From NCBI GenBank assembly GCA_028282385.1, contig JANQIB010000098.1:4502-68501 (forward strand): DNA of 64,000 nt, read 5' to 3'. Numbering within the stretch: the first letter of the stretch is position 1; every line of letters starts with the position of its first letter. Below the pieces are notes generated by a model that saw only the letters and a list, made by a program, of their open reading frames with translations, was not told the origin of the DNA and ran no database searches. The stretch comes from Alphaproteobacteria bacterium (lineage in GTDB: Bacteria; Pseudomonadota; Alphaproteobacteria; Micavibrionales; Micavibrionaceae). Positions 26,656-35,170 of the stretch are shown one piece after another. A program made the position numbers and the translations under genes.

Positions 26656-27136
26656 AACAAGCTCCATAAATATGTGATGAATTCTGAGCCTGATCGTAAA
26701 TAACCGCACCATGAATCCAATATTTGTTAGGATTAGGAGCTGTTAGTTTTTTAAAACGCACGATTTTTTTTTGAATAAGCATTGGCTCCAGCCGTTCGAA
26801 TGCTTCTTCCCAGAGCTTATGTGCCCTGACCTCTTTGCTTCGATTAGGATCAGGCGCCATCTGCCGCCGGCCATAATGGCGAAGAACCAGGAGGTGATCC
26901 ATGCTCAACCGCCTGGATCTATAAAGCCGGTTAAGGATATTCAAAATATCACCGGGCTCACATGGCCGGGGAGTAGCACTCAGGCCACTTACAAACCTGG
27001 CTCCATCGACTCGCGCCTGCTGCGCTGTTATGAACCAAAACCATGCCTCTAACGCATTTTCAAATGGCACAGATTCCTGGTTCACGCATGATTTTGGGAT
27101 ATATTTGCTCTTATCACTCATTTCTACATATTCCAA
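26648..27136 (-). CDS. hypothetical protein (first gene of the cluster)
   Basis: 162-aa ORF next to the divergent control region. I could not assign a family. Confidence 0.45.
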   Translation of the reverse strand: MEYVEMSDKSKYIPKSCVNQESVPFENALEAWFWFITAQQARVDGARFVSGLSATPRPCEPGDILNILNRLYRSRRLSMDHLLVLRHYGRRQMAPDPNRSKEVRAHKLWEEAFERLEPMLIQKKIVRFKKLTAPNPNKYWIHGAVIYDQAQNSSHIYGACYE

Positions 27137-27143
27137 TTTTTAG

Positions 27144-27174
27144 CAAAAGCAGGATTTATGTTCTGCTTTTGTTC
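27144..27174. promoter_or_regulatory. candidate operator: GTTC-N7-GTTC (alphaproteobacterial SOS-box form) overlapping a 9-bp inverted repeat
   Basis: GTTC at 27160-27163, tgctttt, then GTTC at 27171-27174. The inverted repeat is CAAAAGCAG (27144-27152) and CTGCTTTTG (27163-27171). The site lies 24-38 nt upstream of the first cluster gene and about 85 nt upstream of the divergent repressor. Confidence 0.5.
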
Positions 27175-27258
27175 TATTTATGGGGCAACTTCACGCCCAT
27201 GTCAAGGAATTTTTTCCTAATGCTGTAAGAGACGTAGGATGATATACCTACAGACATT

Positions 27259-27906
27259 ATGCTAACACACGAAAATATCTGGACTGCAATTGACCGTTTA
27301 GCGGCAAGCTTTGGGTATTCTGCCTCCGGTCTTGCAAAACAGGCAGGACTTGACCCCACCTCTTTTAACAAAAGTAAACGAATAAGCCCTGAAGGCAAAC
27401 CCAGATGGCCTTCTACAGAAAGTATATCGCGTATTCTAACTGCCACAGGCGCAACGATGAATGATTTCATAGCACTCATCGATTCTGACGCCAGTACTCA
27501 TTCAAATAAAGCGGAACAAACCCTTCCGCTTATTCATTTTACACAGACCAAACAAAAAGAAGTTTTTGATAAAAACGGAAACCCAACCGGAGATTTATGG
27601 GACCATGTACAATTCCCGGATATGGAGATGAATAAGACTAATATTTTTGCCATTGAAGTAAGTGGTAATTCACTGATGCCGCTATACCGGAACGGAGATA
27701 TTCTGATCGTTTCTCCAAACGCCCCTATCCGTCGCGGTGACCGTATTGTGATAAGAAACGCAAAAGGAGTTCTCTCTGTTCAGGAGGTGCTTAAAAAGCA
27801 AGCCCGGAAACTTGATCTAAAATCTGTTTGCGCAAAGAAAAAAACCATATCATACACATCAAAAGATATTGACTGGACCGCACGCATTCTCTGGGTTAGT
27901 CAATAA
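27259..27906 (+). CDS. HTH plus S24 (LexA/CI-like) peptidase-domain repressor
   Basis: 215 aa. The N-terminus is IWTAIDRLAASFGYSASGLAKQAGLDPTSFNKSKR (HTH). The C-terminus is IFAIEVSGNSLMPLYRNGDILIVSP...GDRIVIR....VQEVLKK (S24 Ser/Lys pattern). Confidence 0.8.
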   Translation: MLTHENIWTAIDRLAASFGYSASGLAKQAGLDPTSFNKSKRISPEGKPRWPSTESISRILTATGATMNDFIALIDSDASTHSNKAEQTLPLIHFTQTKQKEVFDKNGNPTGDLWDHVQFPDMEMNKTNIFAIEVSGNSLMPLYRNGDILIVSPNAPIRRGDRIVIRNAKGVLSVQEVLKKQARKLDLKSVCAKKKTISYTSKDIDWTARILWVSQ

Positions 27907-27925
27907 TGCGAACAGAGAAAGAAAA

Positions 27926-28591
27926 ATGACATCAAAAGAGATAGCAAAACAGTCTGCAAAAATTTTACTTGATACAAAATCGGTCTTATTCAATGCAGAT
28001 GAACCCTTCACCTATACTTCAGGTGCAATAGGTCCTGTTTATGTTGATTGCCGCCGGCTTATTTCCTTTCCCAAAGAAAGAGATGCGCTGATGAGCTTTG
28101 CTGAAAGCCTGCTTAAAGATCTGCCTATCGACTTTGTTGCGGGCGGGGAAACTGCCGGTATTCCTTATGCTGCTTTCTTAGCAGAACGGATGAATAAAGC
28201 TATGCTTTATATTCGTAAAAAACCTAAGGGGTTTGGCCGCATGGCACAGATTGAAGGTTACTTCGAAGAAGGATCAAATCCCAATGTGCTTCTGGTTGAA
28301 GATCTTCAGCGTGATGGTGGCAGTAAGGTTCCTTTTGTTGAGGCTTTACGAGACGCGGGAGCGAACGTAGAACATTCTTTTGTTGTTTTTCATTATGGAA
28401 CGTTCCCCAAAAGTGAGGAACGCATGAAAGAGTTGGGCCTCAATCTTCACACTTTAGCAACCTGGTGGGATGTTCTGGATATTGCAAAAGAAGAAGATTA
28501 CTTCGACACTAAAACAATTGAATCGGTTGAATTCTTTTTAAAAGAACCTGATGCATGGGCCGCTCAAAACGCAGACAAAGCTCATGGTTAA
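27926..28591 (+). CDS. pyrE: orotate phosphoribosyltransferase
   Basis: The PRPP motif is VLLVEDLQRDGGSK and GGETAGIPYAAFLA is present. The ORF opens earlier (27869), but MTSKEIAK at 27926 fits. Confidence 0.85.
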   Translation: MTSKEIAKQSAKILLDTKSVLFNADEPFTYTSGAIGPVYVDCRRLISFPKERDALMSFAESLLKDLPIDFVAGGETAGIPYAAFLAERMNKAMLYIRKKPKGFGRMAQIEGYFEEGSNPNVLLVEDLQRDGGSKVPFVEALRDAGANVEHSFVVFHYGTFPKSEERMKELGLNLHTLATWWDVLDIAKEEDYFDTKTIESVEFFLKEPDAWAAQNADKAHG

Positions 28592-29345
28592 AATTAGTTT
28601 TTTTGCATCAGGCACACCGGAAGCTCAGACTGCGCTTGAAGATCTAACGTCCCTATACAAAAACACACCCGTTGAAGAATCTGACATAATTGTTGTTATA
28701 GGGGGTGACGGGACGATGCTTGAAACCCTTCACAAAACAAACGCACACGGAAAACCTGTCTATGGTATGAATTGCGGCTCTGTTGGGTTTTTAATGAATC
28801 CCTATAGCCTTCAAAATTTACCCGAACGGCTTGATAAAGCAGGTAAGGTTACAATTTATCCGCTACGTATGAATGTTACAGACAAAAACGGTAAAAAACA
28901 CGAAGCGATTGCCTTTAATGAAGTTTCGTTACTGCGTGAAACGCGGCAGGCTGCAAAACTAAAAATCAGCGTTGATAATACAGTTCGTATCCCTGAGCTT
29001 ATTTGTGATGGGGCTCTTTTATCGACACCTGCAGGAAGCACCGCCTATAACCTTTCTGCACGCGGTCCGATCTTACCCTTAAGTGCAAATGTCCTTGCTT
29101 TAACTCCGATCAGTGCTTTCCGCCCGCGCCGCTGGCACGGCGCACTGTTGCCCCGTCATGTCACGGTGCGTTTTGATATTCTTGAAGATGAGAAAAGACC
29201 CGTCAGCGCCACCGCCGATTTCACCGAAATCCGCGACGTTAAAACAGTAGAGATCCGGCAATCCCGTAGTATTGCCAGCACGCTGCTTTTCAACCCCGAT
29301 CATCACCTTGAAGACCGGATTTTAAACGAACAATTTACGAACTAA
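28584..29345 (+). CDS. nadK: NAD kinase
   Basis: DIIVVIGGDGTML, NCGSVGFL and STPAGSTAYNLSARGPI are present. The ATG at 28584 overlaps the pyrE stop. Confidence 0.9.
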   Translation: MVKISFFASGTPEAQTALEDLTSLYKNTPVEESDIIVVIGGDGTMLETLHKTNAHGKPVYGMNCGSVGFLMNPYSLQNLPERLDKAGKVTIYPLRMNVTDKNGKKHEAIAFNEVSLLRETRQAAKLKISVDNTVRIPELICDGALLSTPAGSTAYNLSARGPILPLSANVLALTPISAFRPRRWHGALLPRHVTVRFDILEDEKRPVSATADFTEIRDVKTVEIRQSRSIASTLLFNPDHHLEDRILNEQFTN

Positions 29346-29402
29346 CTATTGACATAATTTTTAACTTCTTGTACTTTTCACTTTTTTGTAAAGGAAAATA
29401 CA

Positions 29403-29615
29403 ATGGGACGAACAGCAGATGAGCGCCTAACCAGAATAGAAATAAGATCATTGGCCGAACAGCCATTTGGTTGGGCGTCGTCAGATTTAGATGAAATAGA
29501 GAAGCTAGAAGAAGAAGCCAACACAATGGCACAAGAAGAACACATGTCACTTGAAGAGGCTATAAGAATTCTTACAGGACAAACCAAACTACCCTACGGT
29601 TCTCCGAAACGTTAA
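29403..29615 (+). CDS. small acidic hypothetical protein
   Basis: 70-aa ORF with an AAAGGAAAA Shine-Dalgarno-like sequence upstream. Its 3' end overlaps the convergent purC stop. No family was recognised. Confidence 0.3.
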   Translation: MGRTADERLTRIEIRSLAEQPFGWASSDLDEIEKLEEEANTMAQEEHMSLEEAIRILTGQTKLPYGSPKR

Positions 29616-30472
29616 GCCTTCCGCGGTTTCGATGGTGGTTGGGAAACGGCCCTGCGACGACGCTCCTTTGCCAGTTCATTTTCGATTTCATCCAGCCCGG
29701 CAGCAAGTTGTTCATCAATATTTCCACCCTGGATAATCCCGCCTTCGGGTACAAGTCCCAGCCGCTTTGCGATTTCCTGATACCCCTCAACAAGGTCGCC
29801 AAGATCCTGTCGAAAACGATCTTTATCCAACTTCTCCCCTGTTTTGGAATCCCACAGACGGCAATTATCTGGAGAAACCTCATCGGCAAGCACAATATAA
29901 AGCTCATCATATTCTCCCCATAGGCGGCCAAATTCTAATTTGAAGTCAGCCAGCGTCAGACCAATCCCGGAAAACAACCCCGACATGTAATCATTCACCC
30001 GGTAAGTCAGACCAACAATCTCCTCCAGCTCAAACGGATCTGCCCAACCAAATGTCAGAATATGATTTTCTGAAACAATAGGATCATTAAGCTCGTCTTT
30101 TTTGTAATAAAACTCGACAAGAGGCTGTGGAAAATAAGTTCCTTCTTTAACCCCCAATCTTTCACATATCGAACCGGCAGCAATATTTCTGACAACCACC
30201 TCTAATGGAATAATTTCAACCTGACGGACAAGCTGCTCTCTCATATTCAGAGAACGTATAAAATGAGTAGGTATTCCCATCCCCTCAAGTTTTGTCATAA
30301 TATGAGATGAGATGCGGTTATTCAGCACCCCCTTACCCGAAATAACCGCTTTTTTCTTTGCATTAAAAGCGGTGGCATCATCCTTGAAATACTGGACAAC
30401 AGTTCCCGGTTCCGGCCCTTCATAGATAATTTTAGCCTTCCCCTCATATAATTGCTTGCGTCTGCCGTTCAT
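29612..30472 (-). CDS. purC: phosphoribosylaminoimidazole-succinocarboxamide synthase
   Basis: [12 protein letters not shown]...VRNIAAGS...[13 protein letters not shown]. It carries a basic C-terminal tail of about 30 aa. Confidence 0.9.
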   Translation of the reverse strand: MNGRRKQLYEGKAKIIYEGPEPGTVVQYFKDDATAFNAKKKAVISGKGVLNNRISSHIMTKLEGMGIPTHFIRSLNMREQLVRQVEIIPLEVVVRNIAAGSICERLGVKEGTYFPQPLVEFYYKKDELNDPIVSENHILTFGWADPFELEEIVGLTYRVNDYMSGLFSGIGLTLADFKLEFGRLWGEYDELYIVLADEVSPDNCRLWDSKTGEKLDKDRFRQDLGDLVEGYQEIAKRLGLVPEGGIIQGGNIDEQLAAGLDEIENELAKERRRRAVSQPPSKPRKA

Positions 30473-30581
30473 TGAAATATCCAATCTGTTTGATTATATC
30501 TTCCATATAACAATGGATTTCAAAGAATTCAAATGATACAAACAAAATAGAGACAAAAGACTATGGGAAAGGACCTTCTGA

Positions 30582-30914
30582 ATGAGCTCTCTTGACGACC
30601 GTAAATCTGCTTTTGAAAATAAATATGCCCACGATCAGGAACTCATATTCCGTGTAGAAGCAAGGGCCTGTAAGCTTTTTGGCCTCTGGCTGGCCGGCGA
30701 AATGGGACTGAGCGGCGCAGAAGCTGAAAGTTATGCCAAAACCGTTGTGACGGCTAATCTTGATGAGCCAGGATTTGACGATGTTGTGCGTGCCGTCCGG
30801 CCTGATATTGACAAAAAAGGGCTTGAGATTTCAGATCACCTGATCAATTCACAGCTTGAAAAGTTTATGGCGGATGCAAAACAACAGATCATGGAAGAAG
30901 ACGAAGCAGCATAA
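30582..30914 (+). CDS. DUF1476 / F1-ATPase inhibitor zeta subunit family
   Basis: FENKYAHDQELIFRVEARACKLFGLWLAGEMGLSG..AESYAK is the family pattern in alphaproteobacteria. Confidence 0.8.
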   Translation: MSSLDDRKSAFENKYAHDQELIFRVEARACKLFGLWLAGEMGLSGAEAESYAKTVVTANLDEPGFDDVVRAVRPDIDKKGLEISDHLINSQLEKFMADAKQQIMEEDEAA

Positions 30915-30924
30915 GGCAACCCAC

Positions 30925-31164
30925 ATGGCAATGGACGCACAAACGATCAAGAATATGATATTAGACGGCATTCCCGATGCCGAAGTAAAAATTGAAGATT
31001 TGCGAGGAGACGGCGATCACTACGCCGCTCATATCATTTCTCCTTCATTTGAAGGTTTAAACCGTGTCCAGCAACACCAAATGGTCTATCAGGCACTGCA
31101 AGGGAAAATGGGAAACGAGCTTCATGCCCTTGCCATTCAAACATCTGCCCCTACTCAAAGTTAA
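30925..31164 (+). CDS. bolA: BolA family protein
   Basis: EDLRGDGDHYAAHIISPSFEGLNRVQQHQMVYQAL....IHALAIQT. The start was chosen at MAMDAQT. Confidence 0.85.
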   Translation: MAMDAQTIKNMILDGIPDAEVKIEDLRGDGDHYAAHIISPSFEGLNRVQQHQMVYQALQGKMGNELHALAIQTSAPTQS

Positions 31165-31210
31165 TTTTATCAGGGTAATTTAAGTAATTTTTAAGTGAAA
31201 GGACGTCCTA

Positions 31211-31546
31211 GTGGAAAATATTATCTTCGACCAAATCCAAAAAGAGATAAATGAAAATGATGTTGTTCTTTATATGAAAGGAACAGCAGTCTTCCCTCAA
31301 TGCGGTTTTTCAGCAGCGGTTGTGCAAATTCTTTCGCAGATGGGGACCCCTTTCAAAGATGTAAACGTTCTTGATGATTCTACAATCCGCCAAGGCATTA
31401 AAGACTTCACGAATTGGCCCACAATCCCACAGCTATACGTCAAAGGAGAATTTGTTGGAGGCTGTGATATTATTCGTGAAATGTATGAGAACGGCGAACT
31501 CCAAGAATTATTTACTCAAAAGGGAATTCAATCAGCAGCAGCTTAA
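31211..31546 (+). CDS. grxD: monothiol glutaredoxin (Grx4/GrxD)
   Basis: VVLYMKGTAVFPQCGFSAAVVQIL and TIPQLYVKGEFVGGCDI, with a CGFS active site. Confidence 0.95.
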   Translation: MENIIFDQIQKEINENDVVLYMKGTAVFPQCGFSAAVVQILSQMGTPFKDVNVLDDSTIRQGIKDFTNWPTIPQLYVKGEFVGGCDIIREMYENGELQELFTQKGIQSAAA

Positions 31547-31550
31547 ACTC

Positions 31551-32681
31551 CTACATTCTAGGTAACTTTGCATCCCTGTGAACATTGCAACACTGAATTA
31601 AGCCAAAACTTATCAAAATTGCCAACATTGAGGTCCCGCCGTAAGATACCAATGGCAAAGGCGCCCCGACAACAGGGATCAGCCCCATCACCATCGCAAT
31701 ATTTATAAAAACATAGAGGGAATAATTAACTGTTAATCCCAAAGCCATGAGTGACCCAAAAGCGTGCCTGCATTTTAAAGAAATCCGAATCCCATAGTAA
31801 AAAATCAAACCTGCAATCAACAGTAAAAACACCCCTCCTATCAGCCCCCATTCTTCAGCCCAAAGTGTAAAAATAAAATCTGTCTGTTTTTCTGGTAAAA
31901 AATTAAGCCTGCTCTGCGTTCCATCTAAAAAACCTTTCCCTTCAACACCTCCTGAACCCAAAGCAATTTTAGATTGTATAATATGATACCCCGAACCTAA
32001 CGGATCAGATTCAGGATTTAAAAATGTTAAAACTCTCTGCTTTTGATAATCATGCATAAACATCCAGCCTATAGGGGCCGCTGCAGCCGCTATCCCTCCT
32101 GCTATAATAAAGTAAAGAATTGGAGCGCCTGCTAAAAAAACCATAATAATACCGGCCATAATAATCATTAAGGATGTTCCAAGATCGGGTTGTAACAAAA
32201 CAAGGGAAACCGGTGCCAATATCAAAATAGCGGCCGGCAATAAAAAACGAAAAGACGCCATATCATCACGTGTTGCTGCATGAAAATATTTTGCCAGCGC
32301 CAACACAACTGCAATTTTCATTAATTCTGAGGGTTGAAGCTGTATAAAACCAAGATTAATCCACCGCTGCGCCCCCATACCAACCTGCCCCATGATCTCA
32401 ACGATAACCAAGAGAAACAAACCGATAAAATAAATAGGATAAGCAAGTTTATACCACCAACGAATGTCAACCATTGCCACGATGAGTAAAGCAACCAGGC
32501 CAATCAAAAATCTGGTTAATTGCCTTGAGGCCCATGGATCCATATTTCCACCACCAGCAGAATAAAGAGCAGAAAATCCTATACATGCCATCACCACGGT
32601 TAGCACAATAAAAGTCCAATTGAGATGTGTAAGCTTATAGATAATACTGCTCTCGTCTTGAAGCTTAATCCCGTTTGCCAT
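31551..32681 (-). CDS. rodA: SEDS peptidoglycan glycosyltransferase RodA
   Basis: 376 aa. QPSELMKI, PDLGT, TDFIF and PLPLVSYGGTSM are present. Confidence 0.9.
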   Translation of the reverse strand: MANGIKLQDESSIIYKLTHLNWTFIVLTVVMACIGFSALYSAGGGNMDPWASRQLTRFLIGLVALLIVAMVDIRWWYKLAYPIYFIGLFLLVIVEIMGQVGMGAQRWINLGFIQLQPSELMKIAVVLALAKYFHAATRDDMASFRFLLPAAILILAPVSLVLLQPDLGTSLMIIMAGIIMVFLAGAPILYFIIAGGIAAAAAPIGWMFMHDYQKQRVLTFLNPESDPLGSGYHIIQSKIALGSGGVEGKGFLDGTQSRLNFLPEKQTDFIFTLWAEEWGLIGGVFLLLIAGLIFYYGIRISLKCRHAFGSLMALGLTVNYSLYVFINIAMVMGLIPVVGAPLPLVSYGGTSMLAILISFGLIQCCNVHRDAKLPRM

Positions 32682-32685
32682 CTTT

Positions 32686-34587
32686 TTATCCCCCTATCAT
32701 CCCGGGCTTCCTGCGTGGAAGCTCTTCTATACCGTTACCCTCATTGGGATCTTTTAATGGCTCAGTTCCCGGATCGCGTTTTTGTGCCATTATCAGCAAA
32801 TCTTTTGCAATGGGCGCAGCAGCCGTTGATCCACCTCCACCGTGTTCAACAACAACAGCGCAAACATAACGCGGATTATCCACGGGAGCATATCCAACAA
32901 ACAAAGCATGATGACGAAATTGCCAGGCCAAATCTTCATTCCTGATTCCTGCTGCACGCTCTTGCTTGGTAATTCTTTTAACCTGCGCAGTTCCAGTTTT
33001 GCCCCCCATAGCCATAATTGAATCTTCAATTCTAGAACTATAAGCAGTTCCCTTTTTGATATTTACAACTTGATACATACCTTTTTTGATCAAATCCAAA
33101 TGCGCCTGATTAAGCTCAAGCTTAGGCCATGACGTATCTAATCCTGAGTTAGTCCCAACAAACCCTGTAACCCATGGCTTCACAGCATATCCCCCATTCA
33201 CTAAGCGACAAGTCATTGTTGCAAGTTGCAGTGGCGTTGTCAGAATATACCCTTGTCCGATACTTGCGACAATTGTTTCACCTGGTTGCCATTTTTGACC
33301 AAAGCGGCCACGCTTCCAGTCTTTATCTGGCATCAATCCAGGCTTTTCTTCGGATAACTCAAAACCTAAACGTTCCCCTAGTCCCAACCTGTGAGCCATG
33401 TCAGCAATACGGTCTATACCAATATCAGTGGCTATTTTATAAAAATAAGTGTCACAGGATTGGGCAAGAGCGCTTTCCAAATTGACAATTCCATGCCCTC
33501 CCCTTTTCCAGCAATGAAACCTGTCGCTTCCTAAATCATAGTGACCTGGACAATTGAAAGCAGAACGCGACGTTATAATACCCGCCTCTAGTCCTGCTAA
33601 AGCCGTTACCATTTTAAAAGTTGATCCTGGCGGGTATTGTCCTGCAATCGATTTATTCGTCAGAGGAAACGCAGGGTCATTCAAAAGCTCCTCCCATCGC
33701 TCAGCACTTATGCCGGATGTAAATTCATTTGGGTCAAAACTAGGATAAGAATTAAGAGCATAAACAGCTCCCGTTCTGGCATCCATAATAACGGATGATG
33801 CACTACGCGTTGTCGATAATCTTTGCTGCGCATAAAGCTGCAATTCAGCATCAATGGTGAGTACAATACGTTTTCCGGTCATACTTTTTTTATTTTTAAG
33901 CTCCCTGACTTCTCGTCCAATAACATTTACTTCCATCTCCGCACGGCCAGCTTCTCCCCGCAGATTTTTATCATAAGCCTTTTCAATACCGGTTTTTCCT
34001 ATTCTAAAGCCTGGGAGAGTTAACATCTTATCCTGGTCTATTTCTGATTCATTAACCGCGCCCACATATCCAACAATATGTGCAGTTGCTTCCTTAAAAG
34101 GATAATTTCTTATTTCACCAACATCCGTACCAACGCCCGGAAGATCTGTAATATTTACCTCAACTTTAGAAATATCCTCCCAAGATAAATTGTCTCTAAC
34201 TTCTACAGGCAAAAAAGACGCTGACTTTTTTGCCACTTGTAAAACATGCTTAATATCTTTTTGATTTAATTCAATAATTTTTGATAGCTTCTTTAGGCTA
34301 TCTTCAAGACCATCCGTCTGCTCAGGTATTATCAAAACTCTAAAATTTTGATTATTAACCGCAAACGGCACACCAAAACGATCAACAATTTCTCCGCGAG
34401 AAGGCGCAACCATTTTAACGTTAATTCTGTTTTTTTCGGCAAGTGTTTTATATCTTGTTCCTTGAGCTACCTGAAGCCAGGCCAAACGACCGGCCAAAAC
34501 ACCGAGCAACAAGCCCTGCCCTGCGCCTATTATAAAAGCACGCCGGGTAAAACTCTTTCCACGGTCATTTTCTTTCTCCATAGCCAT
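32686..34587 (-). CDS. mrdA: penicillin-binding protein 2
   Basis: 633 aa. PPGSTFK (SxxK), the SxN region and KTGTAQ are present. It lies between mreD and rodA. Confidence 0.9.
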   Translation of the reverse strand: MAMEKENDRGKSFTRRAFIIGAGQGLLLGVLAGRLAWLQVAQGTRYKTLAEKNRINVKMVAPSRGEIVDRFGVPFAVNNQNFRVLIIPEQTDGLEDSLKKLSKIIELNQKDIKHVLQVAKKSASFLPVEVRDNLSWEDISKVEVNITDLPGVGTDVGEIRNYPFKEATAHIVGYVGAVNESEIDQDKMLTLPGFRIGKTGIEKAYDKNLRGEAGRAEMEVNVIGREVRELKNKKSMTGKRIVLTIDAELQLYAQQRLSTTRSASSVIMDARTGAVYALNSYPSFDPNEFTSGISAERWEELLNDPAFPLTNKSIAGQYPPGSTFKMVTALAGLEAGIITSRSAFNCPGHYDLGSDRFHCWKRGGHGIVNLESALAQSCDTYFYKIATDIGIDRIADMAHRLGLGERLGFELSEEKPGLMPDKDWKRGRFGQKWQPGETIVASIGQGYILTTPLQLATMTCRLVNGGYAVKPWVTGFVGTNSGLDTSWPKLELNQAHLDLIKKGMYQVVNIKKGTAYSSRIEDSIMAMGGKTGTAQVKRITKQERAAGIRNEDLAWQFRHHALFVGYAPVDNPRYVCAVVVEHGGGGSTAAAPIAKDLLIMAQKRDPGTEPLKDPNEGNGIEELPRRKPGMIGG

Positions 34588-34636
34588 CAGGTTACCCTAA
34601 AGATTTAAGTGTATAAACCATCAATCAAAACACCGC

Positions 34637-35155
34637 TCAGGCATGCACAGGTAATATTTTATGCACACCAAGAAGCAAGAAGGTAACAAGAGGAAAAACA
34701 AAAATTGATGTGAGCGCAGAAAGTAAAGCTGATGAAAAAGGTAGGACGCTCAATGTTAAAAGACTAACAATGCTCCACTTAAAAATAATGACGCCAAAAA
34801 CAGCAACCATAAAACCTATCCATAATCCTATAAAAGACTGCCCAACCAAGAAGAGTCTTTGTCTTTGTACCAACCATTGAAGAAGAAGAAGAGCGGCCGC
34901 ATTTAAACCTATTGGCAACCCAGAAACGATATCAATGATCAGACCCAATATAAAAACAAAAAGAGGGCTTATCAGAGTAGGTCTATAAACTGCCCAGTAA
35001 TATACAAGCATCATAAAAAATTCAGGCCTGACAGAAGAAGCATAAGGCAAAGAAAAACTCATAAGGGATAAGATTAAAAAAAATCCGGTAACGCTTTGAG
35101 CCAGCATCAACCTAAACAGTAAAATTATATTCTCAGGGAGGAAACGCTCACGCAT
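34637..35155 (-). CDS. mreD: rod shape-determining protein MreD
   Basis: 172-aa polytopic membrane protein downstream of mreC. Confidence 0.75.
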   Translation of the reverse strand: MRERFLPENIILLFRLMLAQSVTGFFLILSLMSFSLPYASSVRPEFFMMLVYYWAVYRPTLISPLFVFILGLIIDIVSGLPIGLNAAALLLLQWLVQRQRLFLVGQSFIGLWIGFMVAVFGVIIFKWSIVSLLTLSVLPFSSALLSALTSIFVFPLVTFLLLGVHKILPVHA

Positions 35156-35170
35156 CTTTTAGTTAAATCT

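Larger units (their letters stand above)
8432..27136 (-). mobile_element. T7-type podovirus-derived head/tail/packaging/lysis gene cluster without replication or integration genes (defective prophage or domesticated particle locus)
   Basis: The gene order on the minus strand is collinear with T7 genes 8-19 (see the individual CDS entries). No integrase, polymerase, primase, tRNA or att repeat was seen. Both flanks are core genes. Confidence 0.8.

Noticed and set aside
26648-27136. The 162-aa leader ORF as a small terminase or a sigma-70 region-4-like regulator (LSMDHLLVLRHYG).
   Set aside because: The resemblance covers only a few residues and no helix-turn-helix follows it. It cannot be supported without a profile search.
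8432-27906. Search for integrase, att direct repeats, a flanking tRNA, or a diversity-generating retroelement in or around the phage-like cluster.
   Set aside because: I found no recombinase-like or reverse-transcriptase-like ORF and no tRNA-like sequence. I could not identify boundary repeats by eye. Short att sites cannot be excluded without a computational self-alignment.
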